From IMG/VR virus record IMGVR_UViG_3300031555_004891: a stretch of DNA of 64,000 nucleotides; one strand, 5' to 3'. The notes under the pieces were generated by a model. That model saw only the letters and a list, made by a program, of their open reading frames with translations. It had not been told where the DNA came from and did no database searches. Source of the stretch: a virus (lineage: Duplodnaviria; Caudoviricetes). Positions 1 through 10,974 of the stretch are shown in pieces (the stretch's first letter is position 1; the number at the start of each line of letters is the position of its first letter). Position numbers and translations under genes: made by a program.

Positions 1-1
1 A

Positions 2-280
2 GTTAGATATAGTCTGTTGGAACATCCCGAAACAGAAATTTATTTAGGTGTTATGGAGCCAAATCAGCCTTTTGAAAAGGCTTTAATAAGAAAAAAATAT
101 ACATACGAATCGAGATTTAATGAGAATGGTGATTTAATGATCGATTTTACTGGTACAGATACAGAATATTTAGTTCCAGGAAAATACTTTTACCAAATTA
201 AAGCTAAATTTATAGATAAAGAAACTGGAATTAATGTGGATACAATAGTATCTAAAAAACAATTTATAGTAAGAGACTGA
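2..280 (+). CDS. Hypothetical structural protein, 5'-truncated (BppU-like Ig fold possible)
   Basis: Frame is open from the window edge to TGA at 278-280. 'PGKYFYQIK' resembles BppU-type N-terminal domains. Lies among tail-fibre genes. Confidence 0.55.
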   Translation, partial: VRYSLLEHPETEIYLGVMEPNQPFEKALIRKKYTYESRFNENGDLMIDFTGTDTEYLVPGKYFYQIKAKFIDKETGINVDTIVSKKQFIVRD

Positions 281-291
281 GGAATCTAAAT

Positions 292-612
292 ATGGATTAT
301 ATTTACGGTGAAATAAGCAAATCAGTGCAAAAAGTCACATACACAGGTGTTCAGTCAGATACTGCTAATGTACTAATAGATAATGACAATAACACAATAA
401 AGGTTGACGTAAATAAATTTTCATTCGATTCTTTAGATATACCACTTCCTGAAGAAGATGGAATTTATTTATTAAGAGCAACTATAAAAAATGGAAAAGC
501 AGTTTATGACTGGGTATCTGAACATAGATATTTATGTACATTACCAATAGCTGGTCAAGATACGATTAGCAGTGGTACAGTAATAGCTGGAAATGTGGTG
601 ACAGGGGATTAA
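292..612 (+). CDS. Hypothetical tail-associated protein
   Basis: 106 aa ORF, GAGG RBS, TAA stop, in the fibre cluster. Confidence 0.6.
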   Translation: MDYIYGEISKSVQKVTYTGVQSDTANVLIDNDNNTIKVDVNKFSFDSLDIPLPEEDGIYLLRATIKNGKAVYDWVSEHRYLCTLPIAGQDTISSGTVIAGNVVTGD

Positions 613-617
613 AATAA

Positions 618-2522
618 ATGGCAACAAAAATCGAATATACAAATACAAATATATACGAACAATACGAGCCTATAATCTGGAAGGATAACGAAACGCCATT
701 AAACTCTGAAAACTTAAATCATATTGAGCAGGGTATTTCTAACGTTTCTAAAGTTGTTCTTAATTATTATAGTAGAACTGTTGATCTAGAATCAGAAGTC
801 TTTGTAGTAGTAGAAGAAAATGGTTTATTGCAACCTAAATCAGAAATTAAATTATTAAGATCTGATGTTACTGCTCTTCAAAAAGATTTAGGCGAAGTTC
901 ATAACGCACTTTTAGTAGAAATGATAGATTCGAAAGGTAATGCTGAAATGGTGCAGCTCGGCGAAGCTGTTAGAGAATTACTTATCGAATTTGCTAGCAT
1001 TTTAACTGAGTTAGATAGAATTGAAGAGGTTAAAGGTCTTCAAGATGAAATAAAAAACACAACTGCAGGTTTAACAGAAGAAGAAATAATCAGAAGAAAC
1101 GCTGATAACGAAATTAACGCTAAAATAGCTGAATTAGAAGCAGCTTTAGGTACTTCTGGAACTAATACAACTGCTAAATTTGCGGAAATAGAGGAAGCTT
1201 ATAAAGCAGCAGATGCAGAGTTATCTAAGAAAGTTTAGGATGAAATTCAACCAAAAATTGATCAAGTAAGTGCTGATGTTGCTACATTAAGTACCACTCA
1301 CGAAGCAGATAAAACAGCTCAAGCTTCTATTGATGCTACTCAAGATAGTAAAATAGGTGTATTAGAAACATCAATAAAAACTAAAGCAGATAAAGCTACA
1401 ACTTTAGCTGGTTATGGAATTACAGATGCATATACATAGGTAGAAGTAAATAGCTTTATCGATATTATTAATGAAAATTTAATAGATAATTACGCTACAA
1501 AAGAAAATGTAAGCGAAGAAATAGATAAAATAGATTTAAGTCCATACGCTACTAAAGAAGCTTTAACTTTAAGTACTACCATAACAGAAGATTTAGTTAC
1601 TACTACTGGTGTTGGAACGCTTCCAGCAGGTACAAATCTTAAAGGTATGACTTTGATAGATGTAATTAAAAAATTACTTTGTCAAAATTTAGGTGTAGCT
1701 ACTTATCCAACTTTCACAGAGCCTTCTATAAATGTTGTCTTAGATGAAACAACAGCCATATATGGTACATCTTTCACCACTACAGGTCATGTCACAGCTA
1801 ATAGAGGTTTAATTAATCCAGCATATTCTGTTGGTGGAAGCGCTTATAGAGCTGGTGAAGTTATTAAATATACTGTTAACGGTGAAGATCAAGTTTCTAA
1901 CGAACTAACTTATGATTTCAATCTTACTATTGATAAAGTCGAAGCTGGAATAAATGAAGTCAAAGTATCTGTTACGTTTGCTCAAGGTCCTCAGCCATTA
2001 GATAGTAATGGTGTTAATTATGATAGTCCATATCCAGAAACAACTATAGAAGAAATTTTAACAGTAAATGGTTTAGTTATGGCTTATAGTGGGTCGAGTG
2101 GAGATTCTGTAAGTCAAAATTCTACAGAAATTATAACTGATGATACTGCTTATAATAAATCTGGTTTCTTCGAAGTTGCTGACGAATCTGGTAATGTAAC
2201 AGAATCTGGTTATCAAAGCGTTGTTCCTGCTGTAGAAGTAGATCCTGAAACTTATGCACCTTTAGCTGGATAGGTTGTATTAATCCCAGAATCTCAAAAG
2301 CTTATTGGAATTAAGTATTGGGATGAATTAGGTCAAGCATGGAGCTGGTATGGTAATATATCTGCAGAAGATTCTTTGACTCACGAATGGAAAAATGTTG
2401 GAACATAGGAAATAGAAATAACAGAAGGAACTAGTGTTACTTATACAAAATATGAATTTGATATATCAGATCCATACGCTGTATTTGGCGCAGAATCTTA
2501 CTGGAGATTTGTAATAGAATAA
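618..2522 (+). CDS. Tail fibre / coiled-coil structural protein (634 aa, TAG=Gln)
   Basis: ORFs 618-1238 and 1647-2273 share a frame and are interrupted only by TAG; first TAA is at 2520-2522. The region between them encodes the common fibre motif KADKATTLAGYGITDAYT(TAG)VEV. N-terminal WKDNETPLNSENLNHIEQGI is typical of tail proteins. Confidence 0.8.
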
Positions 2523-2536
2523 GGAGAATTATATAG

Positions 2537-4606
2537 ATGGCTATAAATACAGCTAAAGGTTCGATGACTCAATATGCTTATACTAAAGCTGGTCCTTTCG
2601 ATTCTAAAATGTTAGTTAAAACAAAAGCTGAATTAACGCAAGCAGCTACCTGGATTCCTCAAGGTGGGTCTATGCCAGTCCATTATGCTGGAATGATTGT
2701 TTCAGTTAATGCTGATACTGTTACTGAGAATAATGGTATTTATATTCTTAAAAATGCAGCTTTTAGTAATGAGAGCAATTGGGTAAAATTATGCGATTTA
2801 GATGCTTTAGATGCTTTAAAAGCAGAATTAGAAGAAAAAATCGCAAACGAAGCTGGTCAAAAAGGTGATCAAGGTGATCCTGGTAAATCAGCTTACCAAA
2901 TATGGGTAGAAGCTGGAAATGAAGGCAATGAAGAAGCATTTTTAGCTAGTTTAATCGGTGCACAAGGCCCTCAAGGTGAAACAGGACCTCAAGGCGAACA
3001 AGGCCCTCAAGGTGTGCAAGGTGAGCAAGGTATTCAAGGTGAAACAGGACCAACAGGTCCAACTGGACCTCAAGGCCCTAAAGGTGATACTGGTGCAACT
3101 GGACCTCAAGGTGATATTGGTCCTACAGGTCCTCAAGGTCCTACTGGTGACAAAGGTGAAAAGGGTGAACCTGGCGTATCTAGCATTAAATTATCGGATA
3201 TAAAATCAGATTGGTCTACTGTTATTGCTGGAGATATTTATTTAACCCAAAAAGTTAACGAATTTACAACATTAACTGGTGAGCAAAACGCAGTTGGTGT
3301 TATGGTTATCGTTAGAGCAATTGATGCTGATAATCAAGCTAATTCTCAAGTTGATTATATCGGTAAACTTACTGGTGAGCAAGGTCCTAAAGGTGATAAA
3401 GGCGATAAGGGTGATATAGGCCCTCAAGGTCCTACTGGCGCTCAAGGTCCTAAGGGTGAACAAGGAACAGGTGTTAATATAAAAGCATCAGAAACTGATT
3501 GTACTGAACTTGGTGATGCCTATATTGATTCCGAAGGTAATATCCAAATTGTAACATCTGTTAGCCCTAAATATTTCACAAATGGTGGTCAAGTTAAAGG
3601 TCCTAAAGGCGATAAGGGTGATAAAGGTGATAAAGGCGACACTGGTGCACAAGGCCCCACTGGTCCTGCAGGAAGTGACGCAACAGTTACAAAAGAAGCA
3701 GTAGAAAATGTTTTAACTGGAATTATCACAACTCACGAACATTATGATGATAAAATTAAATTATCAGCTGATATTTGGACTGATAAGACTATTGGTCATA
3801 TAGAAGGTACAGCTAACGCACCTAAGAAAGTTGCTAGTAAAGATGATACCTTAAAAACATTATTTACTAACATATTTGGTACTGTAGAAGATGATAGTAC
3901 TGATTTGGTGCATGCACCAACTATAACTAAAGTTTCTATTGGAAGTTCTTCTTATGAGTATGGTACTAAATTAACAACCTTACCAGTAACTATTAGCAAA
4001 AAATCAGGTTATTATGAGTATGGACCTACTGTTGCTGATCCTAGCTGGACTTTCAGCGGTACTGTAACTGGTTTTTCTGGAGCAACTTTTGATGGTTCAA
4101 AAATAACATTAAATGGCAACTTTGTTGTTGGTCAAACTTCTTCTTTAAAGTTGGATGTTTCTGGATCTTATACATACCTTAGCACAATAAAGACTGCTAC
4201 AACAAAGATGGGTAATGCTACTGATCAAAAACTTGTATCAGGCACTACTAGTGGATCAGGAACATTTAATCCTACAGGTGTTAAATATGTTTACTGGGCT
4301 ACATCAACAACAACTGCAACACCAACTTCTTGGAAAAAATACAGTACTGGTACAACATCAATAACAGATTTACAATTATCATGTAAAGCTAATGAATATA
4401 TTTGGGTGGCTTGCACAGATAATAAAACTAACTTCTATGCATGGAACGATGCTAGCGGTAAGTATAATACAGATCCATTACCTACAACAAAAACTGGTAC
4501 AGCATCTATAGTAAATGCACAGGAAGCTTCTGTTAGTGGATATTATTTATATCGTACAACAAACGCTATGCTTCAAGCAGTAGATACTAAATTTAAGTTA
4601 GCATAA
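2537..4606 (+). CDS. Collagen-like (Gly-X-Y) tail fibre protein
   Basis: Several GPQGEQ/GDKGDK triplet blocks, the KSAYQIWVEAGNEGNEEAFLASL motif, and a Thr/Ser-rich C-terminus. AAGGAG RBS. Confidence 0.85.
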   Translation: MAINTAKGSMTQYAYTKAGPFDSKMLVKTKAELTQAATWIPQGGSMPVHYAGMIVSVNADTVTENNGIYILKNAAFSNESNWVKLCDLDALDALKAELEEKIANEAGQKGDQGDPGKSAYQIWVEAGNEGNEEAFLASLIGAQGPQGETGPQGEQGPQGVQGEQGIQGETGPTGPTGPQGPKGDTGATGPQGDIGPTGPQGPTGDKGEKGEPGVSSIKLSDIKSDWSTVIAGDIYLTQKVNEFTTLTGEQNAVGVMVIVRAIDADNQANSQVDYIGKLTGEQGPKGDKGDKGDIGPQGPTGAQGPKGEQGTGVNIKASETDCTELGDAYIDSEGNIQIVTSVSPKYFTNGGQVKGPKGDKGDKGDKGDTGAQGPTGPAGSDATVTKEAVENVLTGIITTHEHYDDKIKLSADIWTDKTIGHIEGTANAPKKVASKDDTLKTLFTNIFGTVEDDSTDLVHAPTITKVSIGSSSYEYGTKLTTLPVTISKKSGYYEYGPTVADPSWTFSGTVTGFSGATFDGSKITLNGNFVVGQTSSLKLDVSGSYTYLSTIKTATTKMGNATDQKLVSGTTSGSGTFNPTGVKYVYWATSTTTATPTSWKKYSTGTTSITDLQLSCKANEYIWVACTDNKTNFYAWNDASGKYNTDPLPTTKTGTASIVNAQEASVSGYYLYRTTNAMLQAVDTKFKLA
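2957..3175 (+). repeat. Collagen Gly-X-Y coding repeats (GGNCCTCAAGGT-like units)
   Basis: Imperfect 9-nt periodic repeats; further blocks near 3374-3470 and 3598-3672. Confidence 0.8.
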
Positions 4607-4619
4607 GGAGAAATAAGAA

Positions 4620-5609
4620 ATGGCAAGTAATGTAATTAATTCAGGTTTAAACCTTATGAATACTGCATATAATGGTGCTGGTGGTATAGTTTTATCAGGT
4701 GATGCAGTTAAAGGTGGTTATTTTGTAACTGACACTATTGCGAATATTCCTTCTTGGTCTAATGTTGAAGGTACTTTATGCTATTGTACAGGTGATTCTA
4801 AATTCTATCAATACGATGGATCTAATTGGAAAGAAGCAGCTTTTTCAGGTAGCAATGGTTCAGGTATTTCTACTGTAAATAGTAAACAATATTCTGGTGG
4901 TATTTTTACTCCAATAAATTATCCTTCTGATACCACTGTAAAAGGTGGTGGTTATTTAGCTACATCTGTATTTGCTGATGATGGTGCAACTTCATATAAT
5001 AGTTCTGAATTTATTAAACCACGTGGTATAAGTGTAAATGGCGCAGAAGCTAGTGCTGATAGTACTAACTATTATAGACCAGTTATTGCTAAAGCTGATG
5101 GATCTATTGCTGAATTACCAGACTTAACTATTTATGCACCTGTTGCAGCTGGTAAGGAAGGTGAATTTGTTGTTGCTGACGAAAATGGTAAAGCTGTTTG
5201 GTCTAACGTGACAAAAGAAACAATTGGCTTAGATAAAGTAGAAAATAAATCTGCAACTGATTTAAAATCTGAGTTTAAAGGTACTATAGCAGCTGGTGAT
5301 ACTGGTTTTACAACTGGCGGTGATGTTTATACTAAATTAAATGAAAAAGCTAATACATCACATAGTCACGCTGCTTCTGACATAACATCAGGTACATTAG
5401 CTATAGATAGAATTCCTACAGGTACTAGCAGCACAACTGTAGCTATTGGTAATCATGGTCACGATAGTGTATATTCAAAATTAGGACACACTCATACAGG
5501 ACATTCAGGCGAAGCTACTGGTACAGCTAAAAAAGTTTGGACCTATACTGGCGATGGTAAATATGCTTGGACTTCTGGCTATGTAGATGATGGTGATTTA
5601 ACTGAATAA
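4620..5609 (+). CDS. Tail fibre-like protein
   Basis: His-rich fibre repeats (KANTSHSHAASDITSGTL, NHGH, GHTH) and a 'TKETIGLDKVEN' motif. Confidence 0.75.
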   Translation: MASNVINSGLNLMNTAYNGAGGIVLSGDAVKGGYFVTDTIANIPSWSNVEGTLCYCTGDSKFYQYDGSNWKEAAFSGSNGSGISTVNSKQYSGGIFTPINYPSDTTVKGGGYLATSVFADDGATSYNSSEFIKPRGISVNGAEASADSTNYYRPVIAKADGSIAELPDLTIYAPVAAGKEGEFVVADENGKAVWSNVTKETIGLDKVENKSATDLKSEFKGTIAAGDTGFTTGGDVYTKLNEKANTSHSHAASDITSGTLAIDRIPTGTSSTTVAIGNHGHDSVYSKLGHTHTGHSGEATGTAKKVWTYTGDGKYAWTSGYVDDGDLTE

Positions 5610-5638
5610 AAACCTGTATAATATTATGCAGATACTGT

Positions 5639-5672
5639 AAGCAAGCAGAAATTTCTGCTTGCTTTTCTTTTT
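5639..5672 (+). terminator. Inverted repeat / intrinsic terminator
   Basis: AAGCAAGCAGAAA-TTTCTGCTTGCTT followed by a T-run. Confidence 0.65.
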
Positions 5673-5685
5673 ACTGGGAGGTTAT

Positions 5686-6906
5686 ATGAAAACTTTTAAC
5701 TCATATAAAGATGTAAAAATTTGCTGTTATGCTATGTGTGCTAGTGAGCCAGAAGCCTTTATAGATAGATGGCTCGAAAGTATGAAAGGTGCTGATTGGA
5801 TAACTGTTTTAGTTACCAAAGCTAATGATCCAAATTATGCTTATTTTAAACAAAAACAACAACTACCAGAATTCGCAAATAAGCTTATTGTAGAAGAAAA
5901 AGCCATATCACCATGGCGTTTTGATACAGCTAGAAATGAAAGTATGAAACTAATACCTAAGGAAGCAGATGCTCTTATTTGCACTGATATTGATGAAATT
6001 CTTATAGAAGATTTTTGGGATGATTATAGAAAATGTGTTTTTGAGCATCCTAATTTTGAGAGAATATATTATCAATATGCATGGTCTCATGATGAAACTA
6101 CTGGTGATCCTAAATGGTATTTTTGGTATGATAAAACGCATCAAAATGGTGGTTGGTTTTGGGATTATCCAGTCCATGAGTCCTTGAAATGTCCTGAAAT
6201 AGAAAAATATGGTTACATAGGAACATATTATCTAGATTCTAATAAAATATATTTGCATCATTATCCAGATACTACAAAAAGTAGAAGTAGTTATTTAGGT
6301 TTATTAGAAATGCGAGCTAAAGAATATCCAGAAGATATGTATGGTTTATATTATCTGCAAAGGGAGTATTCTTTTATAGATGATTACGAGAGTGCACTTA
6401 AAACAGCTGTTCAACTGTATGTTCGACTTCTTAAAAATAATCCAAATGCAGAAGAATTAGAAGCTAGAGATGATATGATGATGCTATCAGGAACATGCGT
6501 TTCTATAGGTGATTATTTCTTACAATTTAACATGAAAGAAGATGCTGAATTATTCTATAAAAAAGCTATGATTCATGATCCTGGTTTTAGAGATAGTTAT
6601 ATAAAACTAGCACAAATGTATGCATATTGTGGTAGATATTCTGATTGTTATTCGATTTTAGATATAATGGATATAAACTCTGTTTATAGAGTTGATTGGC
6701 GTTTAGTTTCATATTATTGGCGAGATTGGAAGCGTTATCAGATTTTAGCTGATGCTAAATGTTGGGAAGGTGACTTAAAAGAAGCTGGAAGATACTTTAA
6801 TCTAGCTCTTGCAGATATAAAAACTGATGATGATAGAAAAGATGCTAGCGAAGAAGGTTTTTATAATGACTATCAGTGGTACTTAATTAATAAAGGTAAA
6901 GCATAA
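5686..6906 (+). CDS. Glycosyltransferase family 2 with TPR-like C-terminus
   Basis: GT-A motifs 'WRFDTARNES', DxD 'TDIDE', 'YPVHE', 'LHHY'. GGGAGG RBS supports ATG 5686. Confidence 0.8.
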   Translation: MKTFNSYKDVKICCYAMCASEPEAFIDRWLESMKGADWITVLVTKANDPNYAYFKQKQQLPEFANKLIVEEKAISPWRFDTARNESMKLIPKEADALICTDIDEILIEDFWDDYRKCVFEHPNFERIYYQYAWSHDETTGDPKWYFWYDKTHQNGGWFWDYPVHESLKCPEIEKYGYIGTYYLDSNKIYLHHYPDTTKSRSSYLGLLEMRAKEYPEDMYGLYYLQREYSFIDDYESALKTAVQLYVRLLKNNPNAEELEARDDMMMLSGTCVSIGDYFLQFNMKEDAELFYKKAMIHDPGFRDSYIKLAQMYAYCGRYSDCYSILDIMDINSVYRVDWRLVSYYWRDWKRYQILADAKCWEGDLKEAGRYFNLALADIKTDDDRKDASEEGFYNDYQWYLINKGKA

Positions 6907-8892
6907 ATGAGAATTATTGTTTATACAATTATGAAAAATGAGTTAAAAAACATAGAATCATGGCTCGAAAACATAAAAGATGCTGATGGAATCTATGTTC
7001 TAGATACTGGCTCAACAGATGGTAGCTATGAAAAAATGCTTGAAATGAAAGCTATGTATCCACAACTGCATGTTGAACAGAATATTTATGATGAGTTCCG
7101 ATTCGATACCGCTAGAAATGATAACTTATCTATGGTTCCAAATATGGATGATGTGATATGCTGGACTATAGATCTAGATGAAAGATTCTGTAATGATTGG
7201 TATAATAAGACTAAAAAAGCTGTTGAGGATAATCCTGGTTTTTATAAACTAACTTATTGGTATGCTTGCAGACATGATGATTACGGAAATGTAACTGATA
7301 AACATATTTATGATAAATGTCATCAAAGAATTGGTGCTAATTGGTCTAGACCTATACATGAAATTTTAACTTACGGTGACTATGAAAATATTTATGATAA
7401 GGGTAATATTATGATAGATGAGTCAGAAATATTTGTACATCACTATCAAAATCTTGAAACAGATAGGGGTCCTCAATATATTAATTTACTTAAATCTAGA
7501 ATAGAATCAGATAAATATGATATAGAAGCTATGCATCATCTAACAACAGAGTATACTAAATTAGGTGATGATTAGGCTTAGTTAGATACGTTATTACTAC
7601 AATACGCTCGAGGCGTAAGTTGTAAATGTGATTGGTTAGAATGTATTTGTGGTAATATAGCTGGATACTTCGAATCTAGAAATATCTCTGATGCTGAAAT
7701 GTGGTTTAAGAAAGCTATAGACTATAATCCAAATCTTATAACTTATTATATCAGATATTCTCAATATTTATCTTATAGAAATAGAGCAGATGAAGCTTTA
7801 AGAGTTTTAAAAAGCATACCCAGCACGGTTTATGTGCAAGAAGAATGGAAAGAAATTGAGGGGGCTCATACATGGCTTTTAGATGATAGTTACGGGCTAG
7901 CTTACTCATGGAAAGGTGATTATGAAACAGCATTAAATTGCTTTAGAAGCGCATATGAGAGAGCTATTGATGCAAACAGTGATTATGGTATTGAAATAAC
8001 ATCAGATCATGTACACTTTTGTGAAGATAAATTAGAAAAAATGGTTGATAAAGCTTATGTAACAATTCTGAGTGATAATTCTTATATAAATGGTGTTGTT
8101 GTTTTAGATAGAAGCTTGAAATGTGTAAATAGCAAGTATCCGTTATATTGTATAATTACAGAAGAAGTATCAGAAGAAAATAGAAAAGTATTATCTGACT
8201 TAAATATAAAAATAATAGAAAAAGATATACTCATACCTAAAGGTCAAACAGAAGACAATAAAGTTGATGTTGTAGAATCACTTTTGCAATCAGGTTGGCA
8301 CAAAGCTTTAGTTAAATTACATATATTTGGTTTAACTCAATTTAAAAAGATTGTTTATATAGATTCTGATATTATAGTTAAATAGAATATAGATGATCTT
8401 TTCGATAAGCCGCATATGACTGCTTGCTGGGATAGATTTGGTTTTAGCGATCAAGACATTTGTGATTCTAAATCTTTTAATAGTGGCTTATTGGTAGTAG
8501 AACCAAATTTAGAAGAATATATATCTATTATAAATTTCTTTAATAATTTTGAAAGCGATGGTGACTTAATACATGATCAGCGAGTTTTGCAAGCTTATTT
8601 TAAAGATTGGCCTGATATGTATTAGCTGCATTTAGATGCATGGTGGGCGCCATGGACTACTGCTTTCAATCCAAATTCAGATGAGTATTACTATATGCAG
8701 TCTAAAATGAAAACTATGCATATAATAGATACAAAACCATGGCGAGTTTCTAAGCAATATTTTTATAATTTATTTGCTGAGTACCCATGTTATGCTAAGC
8801 TGTGTTTAGATTATATAGATATCTTAAATTACACAATTACTGATTTACAACAAAAAGGAATAACTAGTTCAGATCTGAGAATTATAAATTAA
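6907..8892 (+). CDS. GT2-TPR-GT8 (glycogenin-like) fusion glycosyltransferase (661 aa, TAG=Gln)
   Basis: Four same-frame fragments joined through TAG. N-terminal GT2 (DTGSTDGS, FRFDTARN, IDLDE). C-terminal GT8 (KAYVT, KLHIFGLTQFKKIVYIDSDIIVK-Q-NIDDLF, FNSGLLV, DQRVL, KPW). Confidence 0.85.
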
Positions 8893-8908
8893 TTCTCAGA
8901 TTCTTTTT
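8874..8908 (+). terminator. Intrinsic terminator
   Basis: TCTGAGAATT...AATTCTCAGA followed by TTCTTTTT. Confidence 0.6.
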
Positions 8909-9021
8909 CAAGTTTTTATCGCTAAATTATAAAGAATAGGTTATCACTTTTGACTTAATATTTTTTAGACTAAATTTAGTTTGTTTTATATGCTAAATTT
9001 ATTGAACGAGGGTTTTGACCA

Positions 9022-9615
9022 ATGAACAAAGCAAAAGTTATTCTATTTTACATATTATCATGTACCTGGGGTTTTATAATGACCTTTATTGGTGCTGTAG
9101 TAGCTCTAAGCTTAATTATATCAGGTCATAAACCAAAACTTTTCCATCATAATATTTATTTCATAGTTGGAGAAGGTTGGGGTGGTCTTGAGTTGGGTCC
9201 ATTTTTCTTAGTAGGTAAGGGTTCTGGATTACATACAAAATAGCATGAGAGCGGTCATGGTATACAAAATGCAGTGTTTGGCCCACTTATGCCATTTATA
9301 GTTTGTTTACCGTCAGCTACTAGATATTGGTTGAGAGAGTAGAAAACACAGAAAGATAAGAAAGAATTTTCAATTATATTATTTGCAGCTGTAGCTCTTT
9401 TAGCGATGTTGCTTTGCTTAATACCTATATTATCAGGTCTTTATGTTTGGTTTATTTTACCAGGTTTAATTTTTATTTATGACTTAATCATATTGATATG
9501 GTTACTTAAAATAGAAATCCCAAAATATAAGAATGATAAACCTGACTATGATGATATTTGGTTTGAAGGCTAGGCTACTAGATTAGGTGAAAAATACTTT
9601 CCAGGTACGATTTAA
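9022..9615 (+). CDS. Membrane protein with HEXXH zinc-metalloprotease-like motif (197 aa, TAG=Gln)
   Basis: Read-through gives K-Q-HESGH and WFEG-Q-A, with several hydrophobic segments; TAA at 9613-9615. Confidence 0.7.
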
Positions 9616-9733
9616 TTTGTAATAATTTGTTGGCAAACTCCTATAATATTTCCGGAGGGTGCGTTTGGAGGAATATATTAATATTATGGGAGATGTAAAC
9701 ATGATTTCCAAAAATTAGGGGGATAGATAAATA

Positions 9734-10378
9734 ATGGCTGAAGTACTTAATTTTTTATCTATTCCAGGCGCAGTAGCTGTTGTAATATTAGGTATTTGGG
9801 CTATATTACAAGTCATTGGAGAAATTCTTGAACTTAAAGGAAAAATAGTTCCAGAATTTATGAAAATAAGAAAATTCTTTGCTCGCAAGAAGAAAGAAAA
9901 AGCTGACAGAAAGCAAGCTGAGTAGGAAACAGCTCAAACATTGCTTGAAGTGAAACAGTTATTATCTGATGTTAACGCACATTATAATGCTGATAATATC
10001 TCTAGGAGAGATTGTTGGATGCATAGTGTTGATGATAATATTCAATGGACACATGAGCGTGCCGCAGTTTATGACAATTCAATTGCTAGCTTAAAAGATG
10101 ATTTTAGAGAGAATATGGCTATAACTGTTGATCTTTATATTAACTTTAACAGAAATAGAATTTTAGATTTTGCTAGTAAAGTTGCTGATGATAATGCATT
10201 AGCTTCAAAAGAAGAATTTAATCGTATTTATAAGATAAATAGAGATTATCATGAAATGCTAGCAAAATATGGTAAAGAAAATGGTGAAGTAGATACAGCT
10301 ATGACAATCATAAATGAAGCTTATGAGTATAGAATGAGACATCATTCTTTTATAGAGGATATTCGCGGATATCATTGA
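9734..10378 (+). CDS. Membrane-anchored holin-associated protein (214 aa, TAG=Gln)
   Basis: N-terminal TM helix; one TAG at 9923-9925 joins two ORFs. The RNRILDFA...EEF...NGEVD motif is familiar from lysis-module proteins of Firmicutes phages. Confidence 0.6.
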
Positions 10379-10398
10379 GATAAATGGAGGTTAGACCG

Positions 10399-10770
10399 AT
10401 GAACGAATTAATAATATTTTTCCAAAATTATGGTTTACCAATTACCTTAATAGCTCTTTTAGGGGTAATGGTTTTAGGAATTTTGAAATATTGCAATGTA
10501 TTCTCAAAAATAGATGAAAAATATAGACATTGGATTTATATTGGAATTTCAGTAGCTATATCAGTAATTGGAACTGTAATATATTTAGCTATAGCAGGTT
10601 AGCTTGATATAAATTATATATTAACGATAAGTGCAGCTCTATTTACACTTAATCAAGCTTTCTATAGTATATTTAAAGCTACATCAATCAATGATTTAGG
10701 TACAAAAGTACTTGATATTATCGTGCAAGTTTGGAATAAAATAAAAGAAAAGAAAAATCAGGGACAATAA
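10399..10770 (+). CDS. Putative holin (TAG=Gln)
   Basis: Two to three TM segments and a basic C-terminus. GGAGG RBS; one internal TAG at 10600-10602; TAA at 10768-10770. Confidence 0.6.
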
Positions 10771-10786
10771 AATTCCCTGATTTTTT
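10754..10786 (+). terminator. Intrinsic terminator
   Basis: AAAATCAGGGA...TCCCTGATTTTTT. Confidence 0.75.
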
Positions 10787-10974
10787 CCTGTATAAAAAGA
10801 GAAATTTTTTCTGTATATATAATTGTATAGAGATTATTTCTAGAGAATATAAAGCGAATATAATAAATAAGAAATTAATTAGTTAGGTAATAAAATATAT
10901 TACTTTAATTTTCTTTATTGAGATTTATAAGCTAAATTATATATAGAATAGATTAAAATTAAAGTGAGTAGACT

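Noticed and set aside
2958-3203. Alternative-frame ORF with LKVKQDL-type repeats
   Set aside because: It is an out-of-frame shadow of the collagen Gly-X-Y repeats.
2957-3672. CRISPR array or tandem-repeat locus
   Set aside because: The repeats are degenerate codon repeats inside a collagen CDS, with no repeat-spacer structure and no cas genes.
618-5609. Diversity-generating retroelement targeting the fibre genes
   Set aside because: No reverse transcriptase and no template/variable repeat pair was seen in the window.
5659-5685. TTG start at 5659 for the first glycosyltransferase
   Set aside because: It lies inside the terminator hairpin, and the GGGAGG RBS supports ATG 5686.
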